Positions 45,769 to 56,748 are shown, counted from the first letter of the stretch. The stretch: DNA of 64,000 nucleotides from Thermodesulfobacteriota bacterium (GCA_034189135.1 JAXHVO010000006.1:1943-65942); one strand, 5' to 3'. The notes: generated by a model not told the origin, from the letters alone. Numbers and translations: made by a program.

Positions 45769-46330
45769 ATTCAGAAAAATACTCTGCCGTGTAAACCTTA
45801 ACCGTTGTTTCCCTGTCCTTCCAGCATTCCCTTTCCATACCTCCTTTCTGACAGAGGTGCCCCAGGAAATCTTCTCTGTCAGGAAGTTGATCCCAGACCT
45901 GCGGAAGAAATGTGGCACTTTGCCAACCTCGGGAAAGTATGACTCCGTGGATTTTTGGTTTAAGCTTGTTTTTTAAATCGTCACCATCTTTAAAATCAAC
46001 TTGTCGAGGAGCAGTCAGCACGCTGATTTCGATATCTATATCCGGCAGTTCATTCATTTCCACCTCCGGAAACCGTGGATCGTGAAATGCTGCATTCAAT
46101 GCGTTTTCCTCAACATTGAACACCAGGGATCGAACAGGCTCTATGGTGCCGATACACCCCCTGAGAATTCCGTCTTTATGGAGGGTGACAAAACATCCCC
46201 TCTTTTCCTTTAAACCGGAAGAGGTCTTCTCCGGCCGCACTATCTTTGAACCGGCATCAATCTCCGCCTCTATGGTGGTTCGAGCCAGTTTAAGCAGGCT
46301 TCTTCTATCTTCATCCGTCAGCTTAGACAT
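45764..46330 (-). CDS. AMMECR1-domain protein (AmmeMemoRadiSam system protein A)
   Basis: 188 aa with the signature RGCFVTLHKDGILRGCIGTIEP. Confidence 0.88.
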   Translation of the reverse strand: MSKLTDEDRRSLLKLARTTIEAEIDAGSKIVRPEKTSSGLKEKRGCFVTLHKDGILRGCIGTIEPVRSLVFNVEENALNAAFHDPRFPEVEMNELPDIDIEISVLTAPRQVDFKDGDDLKNKLKPKIHGVILSRGWQSATFLPQVWDQLPDREDFLGHLCQKGGMERECWKDRETTVKVYTAEYFSES

Positions 46331-46352
46331 GCTTTTTCCAGTTCATATCGGA

Positions 46353-46583
46353 TTAACTTAAAAATTCCCACCAGATATAAAAAGCAAAGGCCAGAAAAGC
46401 AATAAAAAATGAAAGGTAAGACATCCAGTTTACCTGCCTTTTAGCCATGCCGTGCTTTTCAACAGCTCCAAGCCTGGTTTTACATTCAGGACATCTTTTC
46501 ACATCAAGCTTCACGTAAGTGAAACATTCCGGACACCTCTTTGTCGCGTGAACCACTTCTTTTTTTTCTGCATCATCCGGCAT
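46353..46583 (-). CDS. Zinc-ribbon protein with C-terminal TM anchor
   Basis: 76 aa with CPEC...CPEC and the TM segment WMSYLSFFIAFLAFAFYIWW. It has a strong RBS, AAAGGAGATAAGGAAAG. Confidence 0.7.
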   Translation of the reverse strand: MPDDAEKKEVVHATKRCPECFTYVKLDVKRCPECKTRLGAVEKHGMAKRQVNWMSYLSFFIAFLAFAFYIWWEFLS

Positions 46584-46598
46584 CTTTCCTTATCTCCT

Positions 46599-48497
46599 TT
46601 AATCTAAAAAGCCGTCCTCAATTGAAATTTCACTTTGGCCTTCCAACTGTGTCACCCATGCATTAAATGTTTGATATTTTTTCTGTTGCAGCAGTCTTTC
46701 CACAACACTCTTCTTTTTCTCTGCGAATTCTTTCACAGGCGGCTTTTTCCTATTTTTAAATCTGATCACATAATATCCTTTTTTCCCTTTTATCACGTCA
46801 TCGGGAAATTTCTTTTTATTTGAAAGCAAAAAGGCTGATTTTGCAATTTCGTTTTCAAATCCGATATTTTTAATTGAACCATTTCTTTTAAAAAAACCGG
46901 TGGTCTCCATTTTTAAACCGGATTTGACACTTTCTCCTTCCAGAGATTCTATTCCCCCACCGGCCTTGAGTGCAGCCAGTAATTGTTTTGCGTCTGCCCT
47001 GGCCTTTTCTTCCCGTTTTTTATCTGTCAGGACCACCTTTACTTCTTGTTTTACATCTTCTAAAGGAGGAATCTTTTCATCAATTTTTTCAATCACCTGG
47101 ATGATATAAAACCCGTCTGTTAAATCCTGAATATCGCTGATTTCCCTAAGCTCCATATTAAACGCTGCTTCGGTAAATTTAGCGCTGTCTGCAACACCTT
47201 TCACCGGATTCTTTTTAGTAAAAAAATCCGTTGTATGTAAGGTGAAATTTTGCAAATCAGCAAGTTTTTTCAAATCGTCTCCCTCATCGGATGCCTCATA
47301 AACTTCATCTGCCTTATCATATGCCAGGTTACCGGCTTTCTGAGTCAGCAGTTTTTCCTTAATTTTAAGCCTGGCTTTGTCAAAAGATACGGTAAATTCT
47401 TGGTTTATTTTATCCACCTTGATAATATGCCAGCCGAACCGGGTACGTACCGGCTCGCTGATCTCTCCGGATTTCATGGAAAACGCCTTGTCCGAAAATG
47501 GTTTTACCATGGCTTCCTTTTTGAATGCACCCAGGGATCCCCCTTTAAACCTTGTCGGGCCTTCGGAATATTTTTTTGCCAGGTCTGAAAAATTTTTTCC
47601 TTCCCTGGCCATCTTCATGATTTCAAGTGCTCTCTTTTTTGCCTTTTCTACCGTCTGGGCATCGGCATCTTTGGCGACCTTTATCAAAATGTGACTGGCC
47701 TCAACCGTTTTCGGAGTGTAAAATTCACTCTGATTTGTTTCGTAATAGTCCAGCAACTCGTCGTTATCAATTTTTACCTCCGGCTTGAACGAATCCGGAT
47801 TAAAGTGCAAATACTTCGCTTTCAACCTGACTTCCGTTTTATAAGTCTCTTTGTGTTTTTCAAAATATGCCTTTATTTCATCATCGGTCGGTCTGACATT
47901 TTTATACCTTTCAGTTGCAAAAAGAACGAAATCAATATCAACAGAGGCGTCCTGGTATTCAAAATATTCCCTAGCTTCCTGTTCGGACACCTTCACATTT
48001 CCCGTGATAAATGCCCTGAGTTTTTCGGTTAACATGGCCTCTTTCTGTTCAACTTCAAATGTTTCAGGAGTGAGCCGGACGCTGCTTAAAATTCTATTAT
48101 ACCTGCGACTATCAAACACCCCGTCTGTCTGAAACGCGTCAATGTTTCTGATGGCTGCTTTGAGTTCCTCATCAGTCACCCTGAAATTCAGCCTTTTGGC
48201 TTCCATCAGCATTAACTTTTTTTCTACCAGTTGGTTTAGGGCCTGTTTTCTTAATCCCAGGCTTGCGATCATCTCGTCGTTCAACCTGTCCCCAAATCTT
48301 CTCCTGACCTGTTCCTTAAGATTGTCGTAGGTTCGGTTGTATTCATCCAGTGTAATCGGCTCATCATTGACACTGGCAATGGTGCCTTTGGCTTTGTCAC
48401 GAATATTAACTCCCCAGAATACAAACACAACGGCAATTAGAAATATAATCGCTTTTACCATCCAGCTACCGGCTTTTTTCCTAATTAAATCGAGCAT
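46599..48497 (-). CDS. ppiD: Periplasmic chaperone / peptidyl-prolyl isomerase PpiD-like
   Basis: 632 aa with an N-terminal TM anchor, a SurA_N-like domain and a parvulin domain (ASHILIKV...GGSLGAF...GWHIIKV). Confidence 0.85.
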   Translation of the reverse strand: MLDLIRKKAGSWMVKAIIFLIAVVFVFWGVNIRDKAKGTIASVNDEPITLDEYNRTYDNLKEQVRRRFGDRLNDEMIASLGLRKQALNQLVEKKLMLMEAKRLNFRVTDEELKAAIRNIDAFQTDGVFDSRRYNRILSSVRLTPETFEVEQKEAMLTEKLRAFITGNVKVSEQEAREYFEYQDASVDIDFVLFATERYKNVRPTDDEIKAYFEKHKETYKTEVRLKAKYLHFNPDSFKPEVKIDNDELLDYYETNQSEFYTPKTVEASHILIKVAKDADAQTVEKAKKRALEIMKMAREGKNFSDLAKKYSEGPTRFKGGSLGAFKKEAMVKPFSDKAFSMKSGEISEPVRTRFGWHIIKVDKINQEFTVSFDKARLKIKEKLLTQKAGNLAYDKADEVYEASDEGDDLKKLADLQNFTLHTTDFFTKKNPVKGVADSAKFTEAAFNMELREISDIQDLTDGFYIIQVIEKIDEKIPPLEDVKQEVKVVLTDKKREEKARADAKQLLAALKAGGGIESLEGESVKSGLKMETTGFFKRNGSIKNIGFENEIAKSAFLLSNKKKFPDDVIKGKKGYYVIRFKNRKKPPVKEFAEKKKSVVERLLQQKKYQTFNAWVTQLEGQSEISIEDGFLD

Positions 48498-48551
48498 GTG
48501 ATTCCTTTCCTTTTAAACAACAGCTTAATTCTATTATACCAATGAGACCTA

Positions 48552-48824
48552 TTAAATAATTAACCGGATCTCCTGTTTTTTCTTGTCAATCTTTGACCCG
48601 ATAGGTTCCAGGCAAATGGCACACAGGTATTCGTACTTGTCACCCTCAGGCAAGACCAAAAGAAGGCGCTTTCTCACCGGAACCGCCCGTTTACATTTAG
48701 GACAATACAGCTCGGTGGCATCGAACTCTTTAAACATGCCCTGCTTATTCTCTTGGCTAGCGAACCCCTTGTTCTGTTTTAAAAAATTTTCCGGATTCAA
48801 TGTGAAACCTGTCTCGGTAATCAA
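48552..48824 (-). CDS. Small zinc-ribbon protein (hypothetical); may start at Met30 (48737)
   Basis: CPKC...19 aa...CAIC motif. It has no strong RBS at either start. Confidence 0.45.
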   Translation of the reverse strand: MITETGFTLNPENFLKQNKGFASQENKQGMFKEFDATELYCPKCKRAVPVRKRLLLVLPEGDKYEYLCAICLEPIGSKIDKKKQEIRLII

Positions 48825-49031
48825 TTTTTAAAATTTATAAACTAGAAATTTTAATTTCTTACCCGACTTTTGTCAAGAATTACCTATCTGCCAAAAGCTT
48901 TTTTCAGCAAAACATGGATTTAAACCTTAAAGTGACTGGAGACAATGGTGGTTGAAATAGATTGACGTTTTTAAATCCAAAATAAATATTGACACCCCTA
49001 GCGGTTTTTGTTAGTTCCTCCTTTATTATTC

Positions 49032-49107
49032 GGGGCTGTAGCTCAGCTGGGAGAGCGCATGACTGGCAGTCATGAGGTCAGGGGTTCGAGCCCCCTCAGC
49101 TCCACCA
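49032..49107 (+). tRNA. tRNA-Ala (anticodon GGC), CCA encoded
   Basis: GGGGCTGTAGCTCAGCTGGGAGAGCGCATGACTGGCAGTCATGAGGTCAGGGGTTCGAGCCCCCTCAGCTCCACCA. The G3:U70 pair is present and the loop is CTGGCAG. Confidence 0.9.
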
Positions 49108-49343
49108 CCATATAATTCAGTTCCCAGTTCGTAGTAACTTGCTGATCACACACAGATTACTGCTGACAAGTCGATTTCAGTATTTTGCCCGATTGCAACG
49201 GAATTCATGACCAAACCTGCTAGGCGTAGCCGTAACAAACAGTAAAGGCGATCCCGCTGCCTAATCCCCATCTCCCCCTTGACATCATTCACGCATTGTC
49301 CTAAAAACGTGTCTGTTTTTGAAACAGGAGATCACGCGTAACC

Positions 49344-49904
49344 ATGAAAAAGAAACGCCTTATTTATATTTTAGTACTTTCCATACTGGTGGGCAGCTTT
49401 GGATCCGCGTTTTTTTTTGTTATATCGGTGATAGCATCCGGACCTGATACAGTGACCACCCCGGAAAAGGAAAAATATACTCAAGGGACGATTGTTCACT
49501 TGTATTTTGCCAATAAGGAAAACTCCTTTCTGATGGCAGAAAAAAGAGTGCTGGTACAATCTGATAATCCGGCACAAAGGGGAAAACTGATCATTGAGTC
49601 CCTTATCAAAGGGCCGAAGGAAGGACTCATGCGAACCATCCCTTTGGGTAGCACCTTACGGACGTTTTTTGTCACCAAAGATAAAACAGCCTATGCCGAT
49701 TTTTCACCGATCATCAGTGAGAAACATCCGGGTGGATGCAAAGCGGAAATCATCACCATATATTCAATTGTGAATTCATTAATATTAAATGTCCCCGAAA
49801 TAGATACCGTAAAAATACTCATTGGCGGACGTGAAGCTTTGACCCTTGCAGGTCATATTGATTTGCGTTTTCCATTAAAAGCTGACATGCTTCTGGTGAG
49901 ATGA
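49344..49904 (+). CDS. GerMN-domain protein with N-terminal TM/signal anchor
   Basis: 186 aa with GerM-like motifs ([42 protein letters not shown]). Confidence 0.75.
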   Translation: MKKKRLIYILVLSILVGSFGSAFFFVISVIASGPDTVTTPEKEKYTQGTIVHLYFANKENSFLMAEKRVLVQSDNPAQRGKLIIESLIKGPKEGLMRTIPLGSTLRTFFVTKDKTAYADFSPIISEKHPGGCKAEIITIYSIVNSLILNVPEIDTVKILIGGREALTLAGHIDLRFPLKADMLLVR

Positions 49905-51934
49905 AAAAAGCACACAAAATAAAAGATATCCGCAATATCGGTATCATCGCCCATATTGATGCCGGGAAAACCACCGTAACCGAGCGGATCCTATACTATA
50001 CCGGTCGCTCCCATAAGATAGGCGAGGTTCATGACGGTGAAGCCGTAATGGACTGGATGCCTGACGAGCAGGAACGCGGCATTACCATCACGTCTGCGGT
50101 AACCACCTGCCAGTGGAAGGGAAATGAAATCCATATTATCGATACCCCGGGGCATGTCGATTTTACCATAGAGGTGGAGCGCTCATTGAGAGTCCTCGAT
50201 GGAGCCATCGGTGTCTTTTGTGCGGTGGGAGGCGTTGAACCCCAGTCGGAAACGGTCTGGCACCAGGCTGATAAATATCTTGTCCCTAAAATCGCCTTTA
50301 TCAACAAGCTTGACAGGGTGGGTGCAGATTTTTTCGGCACTGTTGAAATGATGGTAGACAGACTCAATGCAAACCCTTTAATTTTACAACTTCCGGTTGG
50401 TTCTGAAGATCATTTTTCCGGTATCATCGATCTGGTGGAAATGAAACAAATCATATGGGATGAAGAAACCCTTGGTGCCACCTATAGAACCGAAAGTATA
50501 CAACCGGATCTTCTCGATCGTGCAAACCAATATCGCGAAAAGCTGATCGAAACAATCGCAGAACATAATGATGATATTATGGAGGACTACCTGGCGGAAA
50601 AACCGGTGGACGCACAAAGCCTTTATGATGCAATCCGAAAGGCAACCATCGATTTAAAACTGGTTCCCATATTATGCGGATCCGCTCTAAAAAACAAAGG
50701 AATCCAACCGCTCATCGACTCGATCGTCCGCTTTCTCCCGAGTCCTATCGACATTCCACCGGTAAAAGGAACGGACCCTGAAACAGGAAAAGTCCGTGAA
50801 TGTGAAGCAAAAGATACCAAGCCCCTGTCAGCACTTATCTTCAAAGTCTCTATGATAGAAGGAAGAAAGCTTTCTTACGTGAGGGTCTATAGCGGAAAAA
50901 TGAAGGCCGGTGGAGAGGTTTACAACCCCACCCTTAAGAAAAAGGAAAAGCTTTCCCGCATACTGGAGATGCATGCCAATAAAAGGGAAAGAGTCGATAG
51001 TACAGCAGCGGGAAATATTGTCGGGGTGGTCGGGTTAAAGAATTCTTCAACCGGTGATACGCTTTGCTCAATTGACCATCCGGTTTTGCTGGAAAAGATA
51101 GAGTTTTATGAGCCGGTCATTTCGGTTGCGGTTGAACCTAAAACCCACAGTGATCAGGAAAAGCTGGATCAGGTTCTGGAAAAATATATGGTGGAAGACC
51201 CCACCCTGAGGGTTCGGGAAGATAAAGATACCGGGCAGACGATTTTGTCGGGCATGGGAGAGCTTCATCTTGAAATTATAATCAGCCGTATGTTGCGCGA
51301 GTTTAACACCAGCGTGAATGTGGGGAAACCACAGGTTGTTTACCGGGAAAGCATTGAGAAAGAAATCAAAGCCTGTTCAACATTCGACAAAGAAGTTGCC
51401 GGACATCATCATTTTGGAGAAGTTGAATTAAAACTCAAACCTCTGGCCCGGGGTACCGGCAACAGGTTTTTATCGAATATTACACCGGAAACCATACCTG
51501 ACGCGTTTGTGCCTGCAATTGAAAAGGGCGTCATGGAGTCTTTCGAAAGCGGTGCATTGATGGGATATCCTGTGGTTGATGTGGAGGCTGTTCTTACAGG
51601 AGGATCGTACCGAGAATCTGTTGGCACTGAGCTGGCTTTTACCGTAAGTGCATCCATGGCATGTAAGGAGGCTCTGGCAAACGGCAACCCCTATCTTCTT
51701 GATCCCATTATGAATGTTGAAGTGCTTGTTCCCGAATCTTATATGGGGGATGTGATCGGTGATTTAAATTCCAGAAACGGAAAAATTGAAGCCATCACAG
51801 CCAAAATGAACACCCAGGAGATAAAGGCCACCGTACCACTTGCTCGCATGTTTGGCTATTCAACCGCCTTAAGGTCGGCCACCCAGGGCCGAGGCACATT
51901 TACCATGATGTTTTCTCACTTTGATCGCAGTTGA
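49901..51934 (+). CDS. Elongation factor G paralog (EF-G2-like; not in an str-operon context)
   Basis: 677 aa with G1 [10 protein letters not shown]3 DTPGHVDF, G4 NKLD and EF-G domains II-V. The start overlaps the GerMN stop (ATGA). Confidence 0.88.
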   Translation: MKKAHKIKDIRNIGIIAHIDAGKTTVTERILYYTGRSHKIGEVHDGEAVMDWMPDEQERGITITSAVTTCQWKGNEIHIIDTPGHVDFTIEVERSLRVLDGAIGVFCAVGGVEPQSETVWHQADKYLVPKIAFINKLDRVGADFFGTVEMMVDRLNANPLILQLPVGSEDHFSGIIDLVEMKQIIWDEETLGATYRTESIQPDLLDRANQYREKLIETIAEHNDDIMEDYLAEKPVDAQSLYDAIRKATIDLKLVPILCGSALKNKGIQPLIDSIVRFLPSPIDIPPVKGTDPETGKVRECEAKDTKPLSALIFKVSMIEGRKLSYVRVYSGKMKAGGEVYNPTLKKKEKLSRILEMHANKRERVDSTAAGNIVGVVGLKNSSTGDTLCSIDHPVLLEKIEFYEPVISVAVEPKTHSDQEKLDQVLEKYMVEDPTLRVREDKDTGQTILSGMGELHLEIIISRMLREFNTSVNVGKPQVVYRESIEKEIKACSTFDKEVAGHHHFGEVELKLKPLARGTGNRFLSNITPETIPDAFVPAIEKGVMESFESGALMGYPVVDVEAVLTGGSYRESVGTELAFTVSASMACKEALANGNPYLLDPIMNVEVLVPESYMGDVIGDLNSRNGKIEAITAKMNTQEIKATVPLARMFGYSTALRSATQGRGTFTMMFSHFDRS

Positions 51935-51944
51935 AAAAGGCTAT

Positions 51945-51965
51945 GAACGTCGAATATTGAATATT
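51945..51965. repeat. GAAC-heptamer repeat block (short)
   Basis: gaacgtc gaatatt gaatatt lies immediately after the EF-G stop. The heptamers are the same as in the left arm of the 58508 element. Confidence 0.45.
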
Positions 51966-51982
51966 ATCATATTATAAACAGC

Positions 51983-53416
51983 TTAATTCGCTTTAGCCTC
52001 TTTTTTCCTCTCCTGCGCATACCTTTTGCTGACTTTTTTCAGCAGATTTTTAATCTCTTGTCTTCTATGCGGATCTGTCGTCTTTTCTAAAGCCTTTTCA
52101 AACTGGATCACCGCATTTTTATTCTCTCTTTTTTTGGTATAATAAATGCCGAGCGTATAATGCGCATCGGCCAGCTTGTGCTGCTTGCCATAGGTATTCC
52201 CCAGAAAATAGAACCCCGGCTTATAACCTGGATGTTTTTTGGTAAGCATTCTTAGCGTGGATTCGGCATCTTTAAATCTTCCCAGTTCCATCTGGGACCG
52301 TCCAATATAAAAGAGTCCTTCCGGATCGTCCGGAGCAATGCTGACAGCGCTTTCAAGCATAGTGAGTGCTTTTTGATACTGCCCGTCAAGAAAATAGATC
52401 CGCCCCAGAGCAACTAAAAATGTCGGGTTAAAAGCCTCTTTTTCCAGTGCTTTTTTAATATATGCCGCCGCATCTTTTCTGTTTCCCATCCTTGCCAGTA
52501 CCAGTCCGTATCCATAGTTCGCCATGGAATTTTGCGGATTTTTGCTGACCGCATTTTTATATTTCCTTAAGGCAAGTGCTTCATCAGAGTAGAGTGCAAC
52601 CAGGCGTGTGTTAATTTTTTTAAATTCAGCGGAATCTGTCTTTGAGAACTGTTTTTTTCCGTTTTTTTCCAGCCACGTATCAATATAAGCCAGTCGTTCC
52701 TCAGGTGCGGGATGAGTGGTCAGGTAGGGAGGAATTTGTTCTGTCCCAAACCATTGTTTGCTTCGAATTTTAGCTAACATGGTAAGCAAACCATACCCCG
52801 AGTAGCCTGCTTTGGTGAGATGATTAAGCCCGATCTGATCTGCCTGCCTCTCGTCTTCACGACTGTATGCCAGTGCCATGGATTGACCGGCGGCCATCGA
52901 TCCCACTATTACGGCACTGCCGACTTCTCCAGCCCCTTCTGCGCCAAGGAATATTCCTGCAGCAATACCGGCTAAAGTTGCAATGGAAATCTTTTTGGAT
53001 CTATCTATCTTCTGTGAAATATGACGGCATAAGACATGTGCGATTTCATGACCCAGGATACCTGCAAGTTCCTCTTCGTTTTCCATTGCCGCCATCAGCC
53101 CGCTGTATATAAAAATGTGGCCGGCCGGTGTGGCAAAAGCGTTAAATACATCATCCTTAATCACATAAAAACGGTAGGTAAATGGCTGGGGGGAAAGAAT
53201 CGAGACAATTTTCGCCCCCACCTTATTCACATAATTGACAATAGCAGGATCTTCCACAAGCTCTAAATTCTTTAGAACAACCCTCATGAACTCTCGGGAA
53301 AGTTCTTCTTCCTCGGCAGCCGTTATACTTAAAGCCGCTTTTGGCATAAAAAACCCGGTGACAAACAAAAAAAACAGGGAAAGCAATAATAATTTGGTGA
53401 CAAATTTCATCGGCAT
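51983..53416 (-). CDS. M48-family metallopeptidase with C-terminal TPR repeats (BepA-like)
   Basis: HEIAHV zinc motif and several TPR units. I set the start at MPMKFVTKLLLL (a good signal peptide) rather than the GTG at 53461. Confidence 0.85.
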   Translation of the reverse strand: MPMKFVTKLLLLSLFFLFVTGFFMPKAALSITAAEEEELSREFMRVVLKNLELVEDPAIVNYVNKVGAKIVSILSPQPFTYRFYVIKDDVFNAFATPAGHIFIYSGLMAAMENEEELAGILGHEIAHVLCRHISQKIDRSKKISIATLAGIAAGIFLGAEGAGEVGSAVIVGSMAAGQSMALAYSREDERQADQIGLNHLTKAGYSGYGLLTMLAKIRSKQWFGTEQIPPYLTTHPAPEERLAYIDTWLEKNGKKQFSKTDSAEFKKINTRLVALYSDEALALRKYKNAVSKNPQNSMANYGYGLVLARMGNRKDAAAYIKKALEKEAFNPTFLVALGRIYFLDGQYQKALTMLESAVSIAPDDPEGLFYIGRSQMELGRFKDAESTLRMLTKKHPGYKPGFYFLGNTYGKQHKLADAHYTLGIYYTKKRENKNAVIQFEKALEKTTDPHRRQEIKNLLKKVSKRYAQERKKEAKAN

Positions 53417-53619
53417 ATTTCTTGTTACGAAAGGTTTATCCACTGAGATCACACCAAACACAGAAAATATATAGTTTTATTAATTTGTTACCTCTGTGTG
53501 CGTTGTGTACCCGGTGACAAATTCGGTTTTTTACCAGTCTTACAATTTTGACGCTTTATCTGTTTACCTTTTTTTTAAATCCTTTTCAAACACCTTTTTT
53601 TGTGTTAGAGATTTTTATT

Positions 53620-54393
53620 ATGGCACAAATTTTATGCATAGCCAACCAAAAAGGCGGAGTTGGCAAAACCACCACTGCGGTGAATCTATCAGCGGCTTTA
53701 GCCGTTTCAGAAAAAAGAACGCTTCTGGTTGACTGTGATCCACAGGGCAATGCGACGTCTGGAATCGGAATCGATAAAACCAGTATAGACCGCACTTTAT
53801 ACCACGGCATGCTCGGGGAAGCTCCGGTTCAAAGTCTTGTTGTTGACAGCGAAATAGACAGCTTAAAGGTGATACCGTCGAACGTGGAGCTTATCGGCTA
53901 TGAAATCGAAATGATTTCAAATTCCCAGCGAGAAAATGCGTTAAAAAAGCTTCTTGCCGATCTGGAAAATTCTTATGAATTCATTATTATAGATTGCCCC
54001 CCTTCTCTGAGTTTGCTGACAGTGAACGCACTGACAGCGGCTAATTCTTTACTGATCCCCCTGCAGTGTGAATTCTACGCCTTAGAAGGCCTGGGCCAGC
54101 TGTTGCAAACGGTAAGACGAATCAAACACAATTTGAATCCCAATCTAAATATTGCCGGAATCCTTTTAACCATGTTTGACAAAAGAACCAACCTGTCTTA
54201 TCAGGTAGCTGAAGATGCTAAAAAGCACTTCAATGACAAGGTGTTCAAATCGGTCATTCCTAGAAATATTCGGCTGAGTGAAGCCCCAAGTTTTGGCAAA
54301 CCGATACTGATGTATGATGCAACATCCACTGGCGCGCAAAGCTATTTTGATCTGGCAAAGGAAATCATCAATTTTTATAAAGAGAAAACATAA
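53620..54393 (+). CDS. parA: Chromosome partitioning ATPase ParA/Soj
   Basis: MAQILCIANQKGGVGKTTT deviant Walker A, LLVDCDPQGNAT and IIIDCPPS. I set the start at ATG 53620; the track ORF adds 24 aa of hydrophobic read-through. Confidence 0.9.
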   Translation: MAQILCIANQKGGVGKTTTAVNLSAALAVSEKRTLLVDCDPQGNATSGIGIDKTSIDRTLYHGMLGEAPVQSLVVDSEIDSLKVIPSNVELIGYEIEMISNSQRENALKKLLADLENSYEFIIIDCPPSLSLLTVNALTAANSLLIPLQCEFYALEGLGQLLQTVRRIKHNLNPNLNIAGILLTMFDKRTNLSYQVAEDAKKHFNDKVFKSVIPRNIRLSEAPSFGKPILMYDATSTGAQSYFDLAKEIINFYKEKT

Positions 54394-54437
54394 ATGAGTT
54401 CAACCCAAAGAAAAGTGGAAAAATCTCCGTGCCAAAC

Positions 54438-55301
54438 ATGAAAAAACGAAAAAAATTAGCCTTGGGAAAAGGACTGGATGCGCTTATTCCAGACATTAAA
54501 TCTTCGGAAGACAAGCCTTTGGACTATTTCTTTTGTGAAACCGATCTGATCAGCCCCAATCGTTATCAGCCCCGTCTTCAGTTTTCTGAAGATGAACTTA
54601 AGGAATTGTGTGATTCCATAAAAACACAGGGCATTCTTCAACCGCTGCTGGTTAGAAAAGACAATATCGGTTATGAACTTATTACGGGTGAAAGACGCCT
54701 GCGAGCAGCAAAAATGGCAGGACTCAATAAGGTGCCCGTGGTTATAAAAAATATTTCAGATGCAGAGCTGCTGGAAATGTCAATTGTGGAAAATATCCAG
54801 CGGGAAGATTTTAATCCCTTAGAGGAGGCCGAAGCCTATCATCGTCTGATCACCCAATTCGACCTCACCCAGGACCAGGCAGCCATTCGTGTGGGAAAAA
54901 GCAGATCCGCGGTGGCCAACTTTTTAAGACTCAGGCAACTGCCGGATGAGATAAAGGCCAGTATTTTGGATGGCTCTTTAAGTATGGGTCATGCCAGGGC
55001 TTTGTTAAGTGCCGAAGTACCTTCTCAACAAATCGCCGCCTGGCGTGCGGTGGTATCTAAAGGTCTATCAGTCAGGGAAACGGAAAACCTGATAAAAAAA
55101 TTAAAAGCAGGAAAGAAAAAACCCAAAGAATCACAGCCAAGTTCAGAAGATATATACTTTTCGGATCTGGCCGGTAACCTTTCTAGTTATTTTGGGACCA
55201 AAGTTCAGATAAAAAGAAAGGGACAAAAGGGAAAGGTTGAAATCGAATTCTACAACAATGACGACCTCGATCGACTCATAAACCTTTTTAAACGAGATTA
55301 A
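54438..55301 (+). CDS. parB: Chromosome partitioning protein ParB/Spo0J
   Basis: LGKGLDALI, ParB box ITGERRLRAAKMAGL and an HTH segment. It lies directly downstream of parA. Confidence 0.9.
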   Translation: MKKRKKLALGKGLDALIPDIKSSEDKPLDYFFCETDLISPNRYQPRLQFSEDELKELCDSIKTQGILQPLLVRKDNIGYELITGERRLRAAKMAGLNKVPVVIKNISDAELLEMSIVENIQREDFNPLEEAEAYHRLITQFDLTQDQAAIRVGKSRSAVANFLRLRQLPDEIKASILDGSLSMGHARALLSAEVPSQQIAAWRAVVSKGLSVRETENLIKKLKAGKKKPKESQPSSEDIYFSDLAGNLSSYFGTKVQIKRKGQKGKVEIEFYNNDDLDRLINLFKRD

Positions 55302-55401
55302 GACCAATGGCGTCGAAAAGAGTCTCATCTACTAATTTATATATGGGCCTCTTTTTCTAGCCGTCAGGCGCGAAGCCTTTTTTACCCATTCATCAACACC
55401 A

Positions 55402-55923
55402 ATGTCTATCCATATAATAATCGATGGCTATAATCTGATCCGCCAGTCATCTTCTTTGAGCCCGCTTGACCGCCGGGACCTGCAACTTGGCAGAGAAGCG
55501 CTGGTTGATTTGCTGGTAACATATAAAAGAATAAAACATCATAAAATAACGGTCGTTTTTGACGGAACCAATGCTGCTTCCTCTTCCGGCCACAAAGACT
55601 ATATTGGCGGAATTGAAATAAAATTTTCCCGTAGCGGTGAATCGGCTGATTCGGTTATCAAAAATATGGCCGCAGGAGAAAAAGAAAAAGCCCTGGTGGT
55701 AAGCTCTGATCGGGATGTGGTGGATTCCGCCTATTTATCCGGAGCTGCTGTCATCAGCTCCATTGAATTTGAAAAAAGGCTTGAAATGGCTGCCCATTTA
55801 GACGGTTTTAGTGTTGACGATACAGATGAAGTGGGCTGGATTCCCACAACCAAAAAAAAAGGTCCCAGCAGAAAGCTTCCCAAAAGAAAAAGACGGAGTG
55901 CCGCTAAAATTAAAAAACTATAG
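55402..55923 (+). CDS. NYN/PIN-like YacP (Rae1)-family protein
   Basis: 173 aa with an IIIDGYNLIRQ N-terminus, VVFDG and SSDRDV motifs, and a basic tail. Confidence 0.7.
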   Translation: MSIHIIIDGYNLIRQSSSLSPLDRRDLQLGREALVDLLVTYKRIKHHKITVVFDGTNAASSSGHKDYIGGIEIKFSRSGESADSVIKNMAAGEKEKALVVSSDRDVVDSAYLSGAAVISSIEFEKRLEMAAHLDGFSVDDTDEVGWIPTTKKKGPSRKLPKRKRRSAAKIKKL

Positions 55924-55995
55924 GGCTGGAAAGCTGGGAGGTTATAAAGCCATGAAGTTTCATCACATTAAATATAAACTTTATTTGAAGGTCAC

Positions 55996-56421
55996 ATGAA
56001 AAAAATATGTGTCATTGACGGACAGGGCGGTGGTATCGGCAGTACGATCATTAAGAAATTAAAAGAGCTGTTTCAGGAATCTGTCGAGATTATGGCACTG
56101 GGAACAAACGCAATTGCCACGGCCCAGATGCTAAAAGCCAGAGCAAACCGGGGCGCCTCCGGGGAAAATGCCATTGTTCAAACCGTAAAAAAGGTCGATA
56201 TTATCATCGGTCCGGTTGGCATTATTATGGCCAATGCCATGTTGGGTGAAGTCACCCCGAAAATTGCAAAGGCCGTGGCAACCAGCCCGGCAATTAAATT
56301 TCTCATACCACTTACACAGGAAAATGTTGAAATCGTGGGCATCCCTGCTATGCCCCTTCCGCATCTTATTGAGGAGCTGATCGAAGTTAATTTAAAACCA
56401 ATACTGCAAAAAAAGGAGTGA
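55996..56421 (+). CDS. DUF3842-family protein
   Basis: 141 aa. MKKICVIDGQGGGIGSTIIKKLKE is the N-terminus I recall as typical of this family. Confidence 0.6.
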   Translation: MKKICVIDGQGGGIGSTIIKKLKELFQESVEIMALGTNAIATAQMLKARANRGASGENAIVQTVKKVDIIIGPVGIIMANAMLGEVTPKIAKAVATSPAIKFLIPLTQENVEIVGIPAMPLPHLIEELIEVNLKPILQKKE

Positions 56422-56427
56422 TATATC

Positions 56428-56613
56428 ATGTGTGAAGCCAATGCTTACCTGATTGAGGGTGACCAAAACAAGCTATTAATGGAGGCGGTTGATACAGTTG
56501 AACCTGAAGAGGACGGCATCAGACTCATCAGCATTTTCGGAGATCAAAAATTTATTAAAGCCCACATCCATTCTCTTTCCCTGGTGGACCATAAGGTTTT
56601 TCTGAAGGAATAA
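56428..56613 (+). CDS. CooT-family nickel-binding protein
   Basis: 61 aa beginning MCEANAY (Cys2 motif), with the size typical of CooT. Confidence 0.7.
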   Translation: MCEANAYLIEGDQNKLLMEAVDTVEPEEDGIRLISIFGDQKFIKAHIHSLSLVDHKVFLKE

Positions 56614-56748
56614 ATCCTGTCGCAATGGTTTGGCCTCTGAGACACAAAGCCGCGAACCAAGGATAGAAATTTTATTACCATCTTTGTGCCTTAATGGCTG
56701 ACATGAAATCCAGTTATTGCTTCTGGATAGACACTTTAAATTTCCAGT

